From Lepidodermella squamata (Eukaryota; Animalia; Gastrotricha), in NCBI GenBank assembly GCA_047495785.1, contig JBLDXI010000032.1:4439782-4503781 (forward strand): 64,000 bases of DNA, written 5' to 3'. Positions within the stretch are counted from its first letter, which is position 1, and each line of letters starts with the position of its first letter. Under the pieces are notes generated by a model, which was not told the origin of the DNA, searched no databases, and saw only the letters and a list, made by a program, of their open reading frames with translations. Made by a program: the position numbers and the translations under genes. Positions 48,919 to 61,540 of the stretch are shown here, piece after piece.

Positions 48919-48990
48919 AGCAACAACCCGAAAAAAACGTCAGACCGGTTTCGCCTGTGGGTAGCAGGCTCATCAGTGACTTTCGTTGCT
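48919..48990 (-). ncRNA. Type I hammerhead ribozyme B, copy 1
   Basis: agcaacgaaaGTCA-CTGATGA-GCCTG-ctaccca-CAGGC-GAAA-CCGG-TC^TGACgtttttttcgggttgttgct; predicted cleavage between 48943 and 48942. Confidence 0.93.
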
Positions 48991-49017
48991 TTCTTTGCTA
49001 GAAATAAAAGCTGGATA

Positions 49018-49052
49018 AATGATTTCAATGCAGTTTTTAGTGTGCTTTTATA
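49018..49052 (-). promoter_or_regulatory. Putative Pol II core promoter of element B (repeated in every unit)
   Basis: TATAAAAG at 49052-49045, 32 nt upstream of the A in TGAAATCATT (49027-49018); upstream AAAATGGCGG and GCCACGTGGC. Confidence 0.65.
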
Positions 49053-50523
49053 ACAGAAGTAGCACCGCCATTTTTTTCCCTTTCTACTAGCGCCACGTGG
49101 CATTAAGGCGCGAGAATTCGACCTTGGACTTTGACCTTGCTCTATTTTATAGCTATAGAGATAGAGATAGAGATAGGGATAGGGATAGAGATAGAGATAG
49201 AGATATGGTTAGAGATGGGGATATGGATAGGGATAGAGTTAGGGATGAAACCCTAAAAACTCTCACATGTCGATCCGATGTTTCCTTTCGCGTGAATATC
49301 AAATAAGATCAGATCAATGGCTAGTTCACTCAGAGTTCTCCACGGTGTCGTGCACAATAACAGCAATGTTTATTTGCTTTACAACGATGATACCAGTTCG
49401 ATTCCAACAGCGAATCTCTCCACCCTTGTATTGTCTTCAGATATTTCCCTTGTTGTTGACCGATTACTAAATCACTCTCCGCGGAGTTGATTATCACAAC
49501 GCTGCATTTCCACGTCAGCAGTTAAGAACATGCTGACACTGATTAATCGTTTTGACCACTAATAGCAAAACAATAATTCTTCCGACGGCAAGTCACCGGA
49601 CTAGATCCGAGAAAGTATGTTCTAAGCTAGCTATCGTTGATCTTTTACGTCCAACGGGGATCCCTGATCACGTTCCGAGTCTAAGATTCCTGAGAAACGT
49701 GTTCATTCGAAGCGATGGAGTAGGCGATGCAACAAAGGAACTAGTAGAAGTTCATACGATTTAAACATGAGAATGCCACTAACTAAATTTAGGGCTCAGA
49801 ATGTGTGCCTGTCAGGAAATAAACTTGCAGCAGAAGGGAGGACCCATACGTTTCATTGAAAGTAGGCAAGGCCGCTCGTTTGCACCGTACTCATGACTCG
49901 AGCTCAAATGTTAGGGTTAGTTAGGAGAGAATTACCAGACAGGTAGCCTAAGCACCCCGGCAGTTAGCTCTAATGCTACTAGAGAGCCAGGCCTGCATTT
50001 CAATAGCTTTAGCCCTATCCGAGGATAGGGATAGGGATAGGGATAGGGATAGAGATGGAGATGGAGATAGAGGTGCAGGTTAAATTCACGGTTTTAACCG
50101 CCTCTGACATGACACTGTGCTATTCAATAGCAAGAACTCAATTACCGTCTCAAAAGGGTACACTTCTGATGTAGGGATGAGATGAGGTCGTGATAAAGAT
50201 TCGATTTATCAAGTCTCATGCCTCAACAACGCGTTCAATCCTTTCCCTTTTGGCTTCATTCAATGAGCCACAATTGTAAATTCTTTTATTACCATCTCGT
50301 AAATCTCTGGTAGGTAGGTGGATGGTTACAACTCACTAAACATTGTAAAAGCCACCCCTATAGGGAAGCAAATTACAAATGGCAACCCATATAGGGAAGC
50401 ATGACTGGAAAGGCCACCCATGAAGGGAAGCAGATACAAATAGCAGCCTTTGCAAGGCTCTCGATGTGGTTAATCGAAAATAATAAGCAAACACCCTGTA
50501 AACAGTGATCATTAATGACAAAT

Positions 50524-50595
50524 AGCAACAACCCGAAAAAAACGTCAGACCGGTTTCGCCTGTGGGTAGCAGGCTCATCAGTGACTTTCGTTGCT
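50524..50595 (-). ncRNA. Hammerhead ribozyme B, copy 2
   Basis: Same sequence as copy 1, +1605. Confidence 0.92.
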
Positions 50596-52128
50596 TTCTT
50601 TGCTAGAAATAAAAGCTGGATAAATGATTTCAATGCAGTTTTTAGTGTGCTTTTATAACAGAAGTAGCACCGCCATTTTTTTCCCTTTCTACTAGCGCCA
50701 CGTGGCATTAAGGCGCGAGAATTCGACCTTGGACTTTGACCTTGCTCTATTTTATAGCTATAGAGATAGAGATAGAGATAGGGATAGGGATAGAGATAGA
50801 GATAGAGATATGGTTAGAGATGGGGATATGGATAGGGATAGAGTTAGGGATGAAACCCTAAAAACTCTCACATGTCGATCCGATGTTTCCTTTCGCGTGA
50901 ATATCAAATAAGATCAGATCAATGGCTAGTTCACTCAGAGTTCTCCACGGTGTCGTGCACAATAACAGCAATGTTTATTTGCTTTACAACGATGATACCA
51001 GTTCGATTCCAACAGCGAATCTCTCCACCCTTGTATTGTCTTCAGATATTTCCCTTGTTGTTGACCGATTACTAAATCACTCTCCGCGGAGTTGATTATC
51101 ACAACGCTGCATTTCCACGTCAGCAGTTAAGAACATGCTGACACTGATTAATCGTTTTGACCACTAATAGCAAAACAATAATTCTTCCGACGGCAAGTCA
51201 CCGGACTAGATCCGAGAAAGTATGTTCTAAGCTAGCTATCGTTGATCTTTTACGTCCAACGGGGATCCCTGATCACGTTCCGAGTCTAAGATTCCTGAGA
51301 AACGTGTTCATTCGAAGCGATGGAGTAGGCGATGCAACAAAGGAACTAGTAGAAGTTCATACGATTTAAACATGAGAATGCCACTAACTAAATTTAGGGC
51401 TCAGAATGTGTGCCTGTCAGGAAATAAACTTGCAGCAGAAGGGAGGACCCATACGTTTCATTGAAAGTAGGCAAGGCCGCTCGTTTGCACCGTACTCATG
51501 ACTCGAGCTCAAATGTTAGGGTTAGTTAGGAGAGAATTACCAGACAGGTAGCCTAAGCACCCCGGCAGTTAGCTCTAATGCTACTAGAGAGCCAGGCCTG
51601 CATTTCAATAGCTTTAGCCCTATCCGAGGATAGGGATAGGGATAGGGATAGGGATAGAGATGGAGATGGAGATAGAGGTGCAGGTTAAATTCACGGTTTT
51701 AACCGCCTCTGACATGACACTGTGCTATTCAATAGCAAGAACTCAATTACCGTCTCAAAAGGGTACACTTCTGATGTAGGGATGAGATGAGGTCGTGATA
51801 AAGATTCGATTTATCAAGTCTCATGCCTCAACAACGCGTTCAATCCTTTCCCTTTTGGCTTCATTCAATGAGCCACAATTGTAAATTCTTTTATTACCAT
51901 CTCGTAAATCTCTGGTAGGTAGGTGGATGGTTACAACTCACTAAACATTGTAAAAGCCACCCCTATAGGGAAGCAAATTACAAATGGCAACCCATATAGG
52001 GAAGCATGACTGGAAAGGCCACCCATGAAGGGAAGCAGATACAAATAGCAGCCTTTGCAAGGCTCTCGATGTGGTTAATCGAAAATAATAAGCAAACACC
52101 CTGTAAACAGTGATCATTAATGACAAAT

Positions 52129-52200
52129 AGCAACAACCCGAAAAAAACGTCAGACCGGTTTCGCCTGTGGGTAGCAGGCTCATCAGTGACTTTCGTTGCT
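52129..52200 (-). ncRNA. Hammerhead ribozyme B, copy 3
   Basis: Same sequence as copy 1. Confidence 0.92.
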
Positions 52201-53733
52201 TTCTTTGCTAGAAATAAAAGCTGGATAAATGATTTCAATGCAGTTTTTAGTGTGCTTTTATAACAGAAGTAGCACCGCCATTTTTTTCCCTTTCTACTAG
52301 CGCCACGTGGCATTAAGGCGCGAGAATTCGACCTTGGACTTTGACCTTGCTCTATTTTATAGCTATAGAGATAGAGATAGAGATAGGGATAGGGATAGAG
52401 ATAGAGATAGAGATATGGTTAGAGATGGGGATATGGATAGGGATAGAGTTAGGGATGAAACCCTAAAAACTCTCACATGTCGATCCGATGTTTCCTTTCG
52501 CGTGAATATCAAATAAGATCAGATCAATGGCTAGTTCACTCAGAGTTCTCCACGGTGTCGTGCACAATAACAGCAATGTTTATTTGCTTTACAACGATGA
52601 TACCAGTTCGATTCCAACAGCGAATCTCTCCACCCTTGTATTGTCTTCAGATATTTCCCTTGTTGTTGACCGATTACTAAATCACTCTCCGCGGAGTTGA
52701 TTATCACAACGCTGCATTTCCACGTCAGCAGTTAAGAACATGCTGACACTGATTAATCGTTTTGACCACTAATAGCAAAACAATAATTCTTCCGACGGCA
52801 AGTCACCGGACTAGATCCGAGAAAGTATGTTCTAAGCTAGCTATCGTTGATCTTTTACGTCCAACGGGGATCCCTGATCACGTTCCGAGTCTAAGATTCC
52901 TGAGAAACGTGTTCATTCGAAGCGATGGAGTAGGCGATGCAACAAAGGAACTAGTAGAAGTTCATACGATTTAAACATGAGAATGCCACTAACTAAATTT
53001 AGGGCTCAGAATGTGTGCCTGTCAGGAAATAAACTTGCAGCAGAAGGGAGGACCCATACGTTTCATTGAAAGTAGGCAAGGCCGCTCGTTTGCACCGTAC
53101 TCATGACTCGAGCTCAAATGTTAGGGTTAGTTAGGAGAGAATTACCAGACAGGTAGCCTAAGCACCCCGGCAGTTAGCTCTAATGCTACTAGAGAGCCAG
53201 GCCTGCATTTCAATAGCTTTAGCCCTATCCGAGGATAGGGATAGGGATAGGGATAGGGATAGAGATGGAGATGGAGATAGAGGTGCAGGTTAAATTCACG
53301 GTTTTAACCGCCTCTGACATGACACTGTGCTATTCAATAGCAAGAACTCAATTACCGTCTCAAAAGGGTACACTTCTGATGTAGGGATGAGATGAGGTCG
53401 TGATAAAGATTCGATTTATCAAGTCTCATGCCTCAACAACGCGTTCAATCCTTTCCCTTTTGGCTTCATTCAATGAGCCACAATTGTAAATTCTTTTATT
53501 ACCATCTCGTAAATCTCTGGTAGGTAGGTGGATGGTTACAACTCACTAAACATTGTAAAAGCCACCCCTATAGGGAAGCAAATTACAAATGGCAACCCAT
53601 ATAGGGAAGCATGACTGGAAAGGCCACCCATGAAGGGAAGCAGATACAAATAGCAGCCTTTGCAAGGCTCTCGATGTGGTTAATCGAAAATAATAAGCAA
53701 ACACCCTGTAAACAGTGATCATTAATGACAAAT

Positions 53734-53805
53734 AGCAACAACCCGAAAAAAACGTCAGACCGGTTTCGCCTGTGGGTAGCAGGCTCATCAGTGACTTTCG
53801 TTGCT
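53734..53805 (-). ncRNA. Hammerhead ribozyme B, copy 4
   Basis: Same sequence as copy 1. Confidence 0.92.
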
Positions 53806-55338
53806 TTCTTTGCTAGAAATAAAAGCTGGATAAATGATTTCAATGCAGTTTTTAGTGTGCTTTTATAACAGAAGTAGCACCGCCATTTTTTTCCCTTTCT
53901 ACTAGCGCCACGTGGCATTAAGGCGCGAGAATTCGACCTTGGACTTTGACCTTGCTCTATTTTATAGCTATAGAGATAGAGATAGAGATAGGGATAGGGA
54001 TAGAGATAGAGATAGAGATATGGTTAGAGATGGGGATATGGATAGGGATAGAGTTAGGGATGAAACCCTAAAAACTCTCACATGTCGATCCGATGTTTCC
54101 TTTCGCGTGAATATCAAATAAGATCAGATCAATGGCTAGTTCACTCAGAGTTCTCCACGGTGTCGTGCACAATAACAGCAATGTTTATTTGCTTTACAAC
54201 GATGATACCAGTTCGATTCCAACAGCGAATCTCTCCACCCTTGTATTGTCTTCAGATATTTCCCTTGTTGTTGACCGATTACTAAATCACTCTCCGCGGA
54301 GTTGATTATCACAACGCTGCATTTCCACGTCAGCAGTTAAGAACATGCTGACACTGATTAATCGTTTTGACCACTAATAGCAAAACAATAATTCTTCCGA
54401 CGGCAAGTCACCGGACTAGATCCGAGAAAGTATGTTCTAAGCTAGCTATCGTTGATCTTTTACGTCCAACGGGGATCCCTGATCACGTTCCGAGTCTAAG
54501 ATTCCTGAGAAACGTGTTCATTCGAAGCGATGGAGTAGGCGATGCAACAAAGGAACTAGTAGAAGTTCATACGATTTAAACATGAGAATGCCACTAACTA
54601 AATTTAGGGCTCAGAATGTGTGCCTGTCAGGAAATAAACTTGCAGCAGAAGGGAGGACCCATACGTTTCATTGAAAGTAGGCAAGGCCGCTCGTTTGCAC
54701 CGTACTCATGACTCGAGCTCAAATGTTAGGGTTAGTTAGGAGAGAATTACCAGACAGGTAGCCTAAGCACCCCGGCAGTTAGCTCTAATGCTACTAGAGA
54801 GCCAGGCCTGCATTTCAATAGCTTTAGCCCTATCCGAGGATAGGGATAGGGATAGGGATAGGGATAGAGATGGAGATGGAGATAGAGGTGCAGGTTAAAT
54901 TCACGGTTTTAACCGCCTCTGACATGACACTGTGCTATTCAATAGCAAGAACTCAATTACCGTCTCAAAAGGGTACACTTCTGATGTAGGGATGAGATGA
55001 GGTCGTGATAAAGATTCGATTTATCAAGTCTCATGCCTCAACAACGCGTTCAATCCTTTCCCTTTTGGCTTCATTCAATGAGCCACAATTGTAAATTCTT
55101 TTATTACCATCTCGTAAATCTCTGGTAGGTAGGTGGATGGTTACAACTCACTAAACATTGTAAAAGCCACCCCTATAGGGAAGCAAATTACAAATGGCAA
55201 CCCATATAGGGAAGCATGACTGGAAAGGCCACCCATGAAGGGAAGCAGATACAAATAGCAGCCTTTGCAAGGCTCTCGATGTGGTTAATCGAAAATAATA
55301 AGCAAACACCCTGTAAACAGTGATCATTAATGACAAAT

Positions 55339-55410
55339 AGCAACAACCCGAAAAAAACGTCAGACCGGTTTCGCCTGTGGGTAGCAGGCTCATCAGTGAC
55401 TTTCGTTGCT
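55339..55410 (-). ncRNA. Hammerhead ribozyme B, copy 5
   Basis: Same sequence as copy 1. Confidence 0.92.
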
Positions 55411-56943
55411 TTCTTTGCTAGAAATAAAAGCTGGATAAATGATTTCAATGCAGTTTTTAGTGTGCTTTTATAACAGAAGTAGCACCGCCATTTTTTTCCC
55501 TTTCTACTAGCGCCACGTGGCATTAAGGCGCGAGAATTCGACCTTGGACTTTGACCTTGCTCTATTTTATAGCTATAGAGATAGAGATAGAGATAGGGAT
55601 AGGGATAGAGATAGAGATAGAGATATGGTTAGAGATGGGGATATGGATAGGGATAGAGTTAGGGATGAAACCCTAAAAACTCTCACATGTCGATCCGATG
55701 TTTCCTTTCGCGTGAATATCAAATAAGATCAGATCAATGGCTAGTTCACTCAGAGTTCTCCACGGTGTCGTGCACAATAACAGCAATGTTTATTTGCTTT
55801 ACAACGATGATACCAGTTCGATTCCAACAGCGAATCTCTCCACCCTTGTATTGTCTTCAGATATTTCCCTTGTTGTTGACCGATTACTAAATCACTCTCC
55901 GCGGAGTTGATTATCACAACGCTGCATTTCCACGTCAGCAGTTAAGAACATGCTGACACTGATTAATCGTTTTGACCACTAATAGCAAAACAATAATTCT
56001 TCCGACGGCAAGTCACCGGACTAGATCCGAGAAAGTATGTTCTAAGCTAGCTATCGTTGATCTTTTACGTCCAACGGGGATCCCTGATCACGTTCCGAGT
56101 CTAAGATTCCTGAGAAACGTGTTCATTCGAAGCGATGGAGTAGGCGATGCAACAAAGGAACTAGTAGAAGTTCATACGATTTAAACATGAGAATGCCACT
56201 AACTAAATTTAGGGCTCAGAATGTGTGCCTGTCAGGAAATAAACTTGCAGCAGAAGGGAGGACCCATACGTTTCATTGAAAGTAGGCAAGGCCGCTCGTT
56301 TGCACCGTACTCATGACTCGAGCTCAAATGTTAGGGTTAGTTAGGAGAGAATTACCAGACAGGTAGCCTAAGCACCCCGGCAGTTAGCTCTAATGCTACT
56401 AGAGAGCCAGGCCTGCATTTCAATAGCTTTAGCCCTATCCGAGGATAGGGATAGGGATAGGGATAGGGATAGAGATGGAGATGGAGATAGAGGTGCAGGT
56501 TAAATTCACGGTTTTAACCGCCTCTGACATGACACTGTGCTATTCAATAGCAAGAACTCAATTACCGTCTCAAAAGGGTACACTTCTGATGTAGGGATGA
56601 GATGAGGTCGTGATAAAGATTCGATTTATCAAGTCTCATGCCTCAACAACGCGTTCAATCCTTTCCCTTTTGGCTTCATTCAATGAGCCACAATTGTAAA
56701 TTCTTTTATTACCATCTCGTAAATCTCTGGTAGGTAGGTGGATGGTTACAACTCACTAAACATTGTAAAAGCCACCCCTATAGGGAAGCAAATTACAAAT
56801 GGCAACCCATATAGGGAAGCATGACTGGAAAGGCCACCCATGAAGGGAAGCAGATACAAATAGCAGCCTTTGCAAGGCTCTCGATGTGGTTAATCGAAAA
56901 TAATAAGCAAACACCCTGTAAACAGTGATCATTAATGACAAAT

Positions 56944-57015
56944 AGCAACAACCCGAAAAAAACGTCAGACCGGTTTCGCCTGTGGGTAGCAGGCTCATCA
57001 GTGACTTTCGTTGCT
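56944..57015 (-). ncRNA. Hammerhead ribozyme B, copy 6
   Basis: Same sequence as copy 1. Confidence 0.92.
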
Positions 57016-58548
57016 TTCTTTGCTAGAAATAAAAGCTGGATAAATGATTTCAATGCAGTTTTTAGTGTGCTTTTATAACAGAAGTAGCACCGCCATTTTT
57101 TTCCCTTTCTACTAGCGCCACGTGGCATTAAGGCGCGAGAATTCGACCTTGGACTTTGACCTTGCTCTATTTTATAGCTATAGAGATAGAGATAGAGATA
57201 GGGATAGGGATAGAGATAGAGATAGAGATATGGTTAGAGATGGGGATATGGATAGGGATAGAGTTAGGGATGAAACCCTAAAAACTCTCACATGTCGATC
57301 CGATGTTTCCTTTCGCGTGAATATCAAATAAGATCAGATCAATGGCTAGTTCACTCAGAGTTCTCCACGGTGTCGTGCACAATAACAGCAATGTTTATTT
57401 GCTTTACAACGATGATACCAGTTCGATTCCAACAGCGAATCTCTCCACCCTTGTATTGTCTTCAGATATTTCCCTTGTTGTTGACCGATTACTAAATCAC
57501 TCTCCGCGGAGTTGATTATCACAACGCTGCATTTCCACGTCAGCAGTTAAGAACATGCTGACACTGATTAATCGTTTTGACCACTAATAGCAAAACAATA
57601 ATTCTTCCGACGGCAAGTCACCGGACTAGATCCGAGAAAGTATGTTCTAAGCTAGCTATCGTTGATCTTTTACGTCCAACGGGGATCCCTGATCACGTTC
57701 CGAGTCTAAGATTCCTGAGAAACGTGTTCATTCGAAGCGATGGAGTAGGCGATGCAACAAAGGAACTAGTAGAAGTTCATACGATTTAAACATGAGAATG
57801 CCACTAACTAAATTTAGGGCTCAGAATGTGTGCCTGTCAGGAAATAAACTTGCAGCAGAAGGGAGGACCCATACGTTTCATTGAAAGTAGGCAAGGCCGC
57901 TCGTTTGCACCGTACTCATGACTCGAGCTCAAATGTTAGGGTTAGTTAGGAGAGAATTACCAGACAGGTAGCCTAAGCACCCCGGCAGTTAGCTCTAATG
58001 CTACTAGAGAGCCAGGCCTGCATTTCAATAGCTTTAGCCCTATCCGAGGATAGGGATAGGGATAGGGATAGGGATAGAGATGGAGATGGAGATAGAGGTG
58101 CAGGTTAAATTCACGGTTTTAACCGCCTCTGACATGACACTGTGCTATTCAATAGCAAGAACTCAATTACCGTCTCAAAAGGGTACACTTCTGATGTAGG
58201 GATGAGATGAGGTCGTGATAAAGATTCGATTTATCAAGTCTCATGCCTCAACAACGCGTTCAATCCTTTCCCTTTTGGCTTCATTCAATGAGCCACAATT
58301 GTAAATTCTTTTATTACCATCTCGTAAATCTCTGGTAGGTAGGTGGATGGTTACAACTCACTAAACATTGTAAAAGCCACCCCTATAGGGAAGCAAATTA
58401 CAAATGGCAACCCATATAGGGAAGCATGACTGGAAAGGCCACCCATGAAGGGAAGCAGATACAAATAGCAGCCTTTGCAAGGCTCTCGATGTGGTTAATC
58501 GAAAATAATAAGCAAACACCCTGTAAACAGTGATCATTAATGACAAAT

Positions 58549-58620
58549 AGCAACAACCCGAAAAAAACGTCAGACCGGTTTCGCCTGTGGGTAGCAGGCT
58601 CATCAGTGACTTTCGTTGCT
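58549..58620 (-). ncRNA. Hammerhead ribozyme B, copy 7
   Basis: Same sequence as copy 1. Confidence 0.92.
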
Positions 58621-60153
58621 TTCTTTGCTAGAAATAAAAGCTGGATAAATGATTTCAATGCAGTTTTTAGTGTGCTTTTATAACAGAAGTAGCACCGCCA
58701 TTTTTTTCCCTTTCTACTAGCGCCACGTGGCATTAAGGCGCGAGAATTCGACCTTGGACTTTGACCTTGCTCTATTTTATAGCTATAGAGATAGAGATAG
58801 AGATAGGGATAGGGATAGAGATAGAGATAGAGATATGGTTAGAGATGGGGATATGGATAGGGATAGAGTTAGGGATGAAACCCTAAAAACTCTCACATGT
58901 CGATCCGATGTTTCCTTTCGCGTGAATATCAAATAAGATCAGATCAATGGCTAGTTCACTCAGAGTTCTCCACGGTGTCGTGCACAATAACAGCAATGTT
59001 TATTTGCTTTACAACGATGATACCAGTTCGATTCCAACAGCGAATCTCTCCACCCTTGTATTGTCTTCAGATATTTCCCTTGTTGTTGACCGATTACTAA
59101 ATCACTCTCCGCGGAGTTGATTATCACAACGCTGCATTTCCACGTCAGCAGTTAAGAACATGCTGACACTGATTAATCGTTTTGACCACTAATAGCAAAA
59201 CAATAATTCTTCCGACGGCAAGTCACCGGACTAGATCCGAGAAAGTATGTTCTAAGCTAGCTATCGTTGATCTTTTACGTCCAACGGGGATCCCTGATCA
59301 CGTTCCGAGTCTAAGATTCCTGAGAAACGTGTTCATTCGAAGCGATGGAGTAGGCGATGCAACAAAGGAACTAGTAGAAGTTCATACGATTTAAACATGA
59401 GAATGCCACTAACTAAATTTAGGGCTCAGAATGTGTGCCTGTCAGGAAATAAACTTGCAGCAGAAGGGAGGACCCATACGTTTCATTGAAAGTAGGCAAG
59501 GCCGCTCGTTTGCACCGTACTCATGACTCGAGCTCAAATGTTAGGGTTAGTTAGGAGAGAATTACCAGACAGGTAGCCTAAGCACCCCGGCAGTTAGCTC
59601 TAATGCTACTAGAGAGCCAGGCCTGCATTTCAATAGCTTTAGCCCTATCCGAGGATAGGGATAGGGATAGGGATAGGGATAGAGATGGAGATGGAGATAG
59701 AGGTGCAGGTTAAATTCACGGTTTTAACCGCCTCTGACATGACACTGTGCTATTCAATAGCAAGAACTCAATTACCGTCTCAAAAGGGTACACTTCTGAT
59801 GTAGGGATGAGATGAGGTCGTGATAAAGATTCGATTTATCAAGTCTCATGCCTCAACAACGCGTTCAATCCTTTCCCTTTTGGCTTCATTCAATGAGCCA
59901 CAATTGTAAATTCTTTTATTACCATCTCGTAAATCTCTGGTAGGTAGGTGGATGGTTACAACTCACTAAACATTGTAAAAGCCACCCCTATAGGGAAGCA
60001 AATTACAAATGGCAACCCATATAGGGAAGCATGACTGGAAAGGCCACCCATGAAGGGAAGCAGATACAAATAGCAGCCTTTGCAAGGCTCTCGATGTGGT
60101 TAATCGAAAATAATAAGCAAACACCCTGTAAACAGTGATCATTAATGACAAAT

Positions 60154-60225
60154 AGCAACAACCCGAAAAAAACGTCAGACCGGTTTCGCCTGTGGGTAGC
60201 AGGCTCATCAGTGACTTTCGTTGCT
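60154..60225 (-). ncRNA. Hammerhead ribozyme B, copy 8
   Basis: Same sequence as copy 1. Confidence 0.92.
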
Positions 60226-61540
60226 TTCTTTGCTAGAAATAAAAGCTGGATAAATGATTTCAATGCAGTTTTTAGTGTGCTTTTATAACAGAAGTAGCAC
60301 CGCCATTTTTTTCCCTTTCTACTAGCGCCACGTGGCATTAAGGCGCGAGAATTCGACCTTGGACTTTGACCTTGCTCTATTTTATAGCTATAGAGATAGA
60401 GATAGAGATAGGGATAGGGATAGAGATAGAGATAGAGATATGGTTAGAGATGGGGATATGGATAGGGATAGAGTTAGGGATGAAACCCTAAAAACTCTCA
60501 CATGTCGATCCGATGTTTCCTTTCGCGTGAATATCAAATAAGATCAGATCAATGGCTAGTTCACTCAGAGTTCTCCACGGTGTCGTGCACAATAACAGCA
60601 ATGTTTATTTGCTTTACAACGATGATACCAGTTCGATTCCAACAGCGAATCTCTCCACCCTTGTATTGTCTTCAGATATTTCCCTTGTTGTTGACCGATT
60701 ACTAAATCACTCTCCGCGGAGTTGATTATCACAACGCTGCATTTCCACGTCAGCAGTTAAGAACATGCTGACACTGATTAATCGTTTTGACCACTAATAG
60801 CAAAACAATAATTCTTCCGACGGCAAGTCACCGGACTAGATCCGAGAAAGTATGTTCTAAGCTAGCTATCGTTGATCTTTTACGTCCAACGGGGATCCCT
60901 GATCACGTTCCGAGTCTAAGATTCCTGAGAAACGTGTTCATTCGAAGCGATGGAGTAGGCGATGCAACAAAGGAACTAGTAGAAGTTCATACGATTTAAA
61001 CATGAGAATGCCACTAACTAAATTTAGGGCTCAGAATGTGTGCCTGTCAGGAAATAAACTTGCAGCAGAAGGGAGGACCCATACGTTTCATTGAAAGTAG
61101 GCAAGGCCGCTCGTTTGCACCGTACTCATGACTCGAGCTCAAATGTTAGGGTTAGTTAGGAGAGAATTACCAGACAGGTAGCCTAAGCACCCCGGCAGTT
61201 AGCTCTAATGCTACTAGAGAGCCAGGCCTGCATTTCAATAGCTTTAGCCCTATCCGAGGATAGGGATAGGGATAGGGATAGGGATAGAGATGGAGATGGA
61301 GATAGAGGTGCAGGTTAAATTCACGGTTTTAACCGCCTCTGACATGACACTGTGCTATTCAATAGCAAGAACTCAATTACCGTCTCAAAAGGGTACACTT
61401 CTGATGTAGGGATGAGATGAGGTCGTGATAAAGATTCGATTTATCAAGTCTCATGCCTCAACAACGCGTTCAATCCTTTCCCTTTTGGCTTCATTCAATG
61501 AGCCACAATTGTAAATTCTTTTATTACCATCTCGTAAATC

